Shown here one piece after another: positions 63,655 to 64,000 of a stretch of DNA of 64,000 nucleotides (its first letter is position 1; each line of letters starts with the position of its first letter). A model generated the notes under the pieces. The model saw only the letters and a program-made list of their open reading frames with translations. It searched no databases and was not told where the DNA came from. The stretch comes from Xylographa opegraphella (Eukaryota): assembly GCA_022813865.1 (NCBI GenBank), contig JALDZX010000055.1:1-64000 (forward strand), given 5' to 3'. A program made the position numbers and the translations under genes.

Positions 63655-64000
63655 CTAGTCATCCACCTCCGCCTCGTTGGCGCGAGCGGCCAAGTGCCAC
63701 CGCTTCTTGCCAGTATCATCCATCTCATGCTCAAGAGCCAATTTCGAGAGATGGCCGATGATGTTCTCCATCTGGGTGTCACCGGCGTTGCGGGTCTTAC
63801 GGCCGAGGTTGTCGAGCCACGAAATCTTGTTCAGGAGGAAATAGACAATCGCAATCACAATGATCACGGCCAAGGAGTAAATCCAGATGACAACCACAGT
63901 GACAATGCTCGTGTTGCCAACCTTTGGCGGGACGTCAGTGAGGTTCGTAGCCAGATCCGCGGGGTCACTTGGATTCTCGCCGCTCCCGGAGATCCATCCG
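63655..64000 (-). CDS. PMA1: Plasma membrane H+-ATPase, 3' end (partial; gene continues beyond window)
   Basis: GWISG...TSIVTVVVIWIYSLAVIIVIAIVYFLLNKISWLDNLGRKTRNAGDTQMENIIGHLSKLALEHE...AEVDD* matches the Aspergillus PmaA-type last TM and regulatory tail as I recall it. Confidence 0.85.
   Translation of the reverse strand, partial: GWISGSGENPSDPADLATNLTDVPPKVGNTSIVTVVVIWIYSLAVIIVIAIVYFLLNKISWLDNLGRKTRNAGDTQMENIIGHLSKLALEHEMDDTGKKRWHLAARANEAEVDD

Noticed and set aside
1..64000. Transposable elements, RIP-degraded repeats, stop-codon readthrough PTS1 signals
   Set aside because: No transposase/RT ORFs, LTRs, TIRs or AT-rich RIP blocks seen; the stop codons checked lack TGA-CTA plus SKL-type extensions.

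Overview
Gene-dense eukaryotic DNA from a filamentous ascomycete (Pezizomycotina). Evidence: short GT-AG introns with CTRAC branch points, a Zn2Cys6 factor, and an Aspergillus-type Pma1 C-terminus. About 24 protein-coding loci can be reconstructed by hand. Conserved genes: NOP4, cytochrome b5-like heme/steroid-binding protein, secreted agmatinase-like ureohydrolase, aldo-keto reductase, LEO1, MOB2-like, TGL3-like patatin, PIR/GPI wall protein, Zn2Cys6 TF, calpain-like protease, ERV29, GH17 glucanosyltransferase, a very large coiled-coil protein, and the 3' end of PMA1. There is also an intronless tRNA-Trp(CCA), two pseudogenes and several orphan or accessory genes. No transposon, rRNA or CRISPR array is evident. 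The most notable observations are: (1) a ~300-codon Met-free, AUG-depleted in-frame extension upstream of the first AUG of the large coiled-coil gene (candidate non-AUG initiation); (2) recurrent C-rich-to-G-rich skew-switch islands that override coding constraints on either strand; (3) a secreted, highly basic, Kex2-site-punctuated precursor with an amphipathic helix; (4) a shrunken mitochondrial-carrier-like protein; (5) a membrane-anchored receptor-like ankyrin protein. All family calls come from motif recognition; no database search was run.
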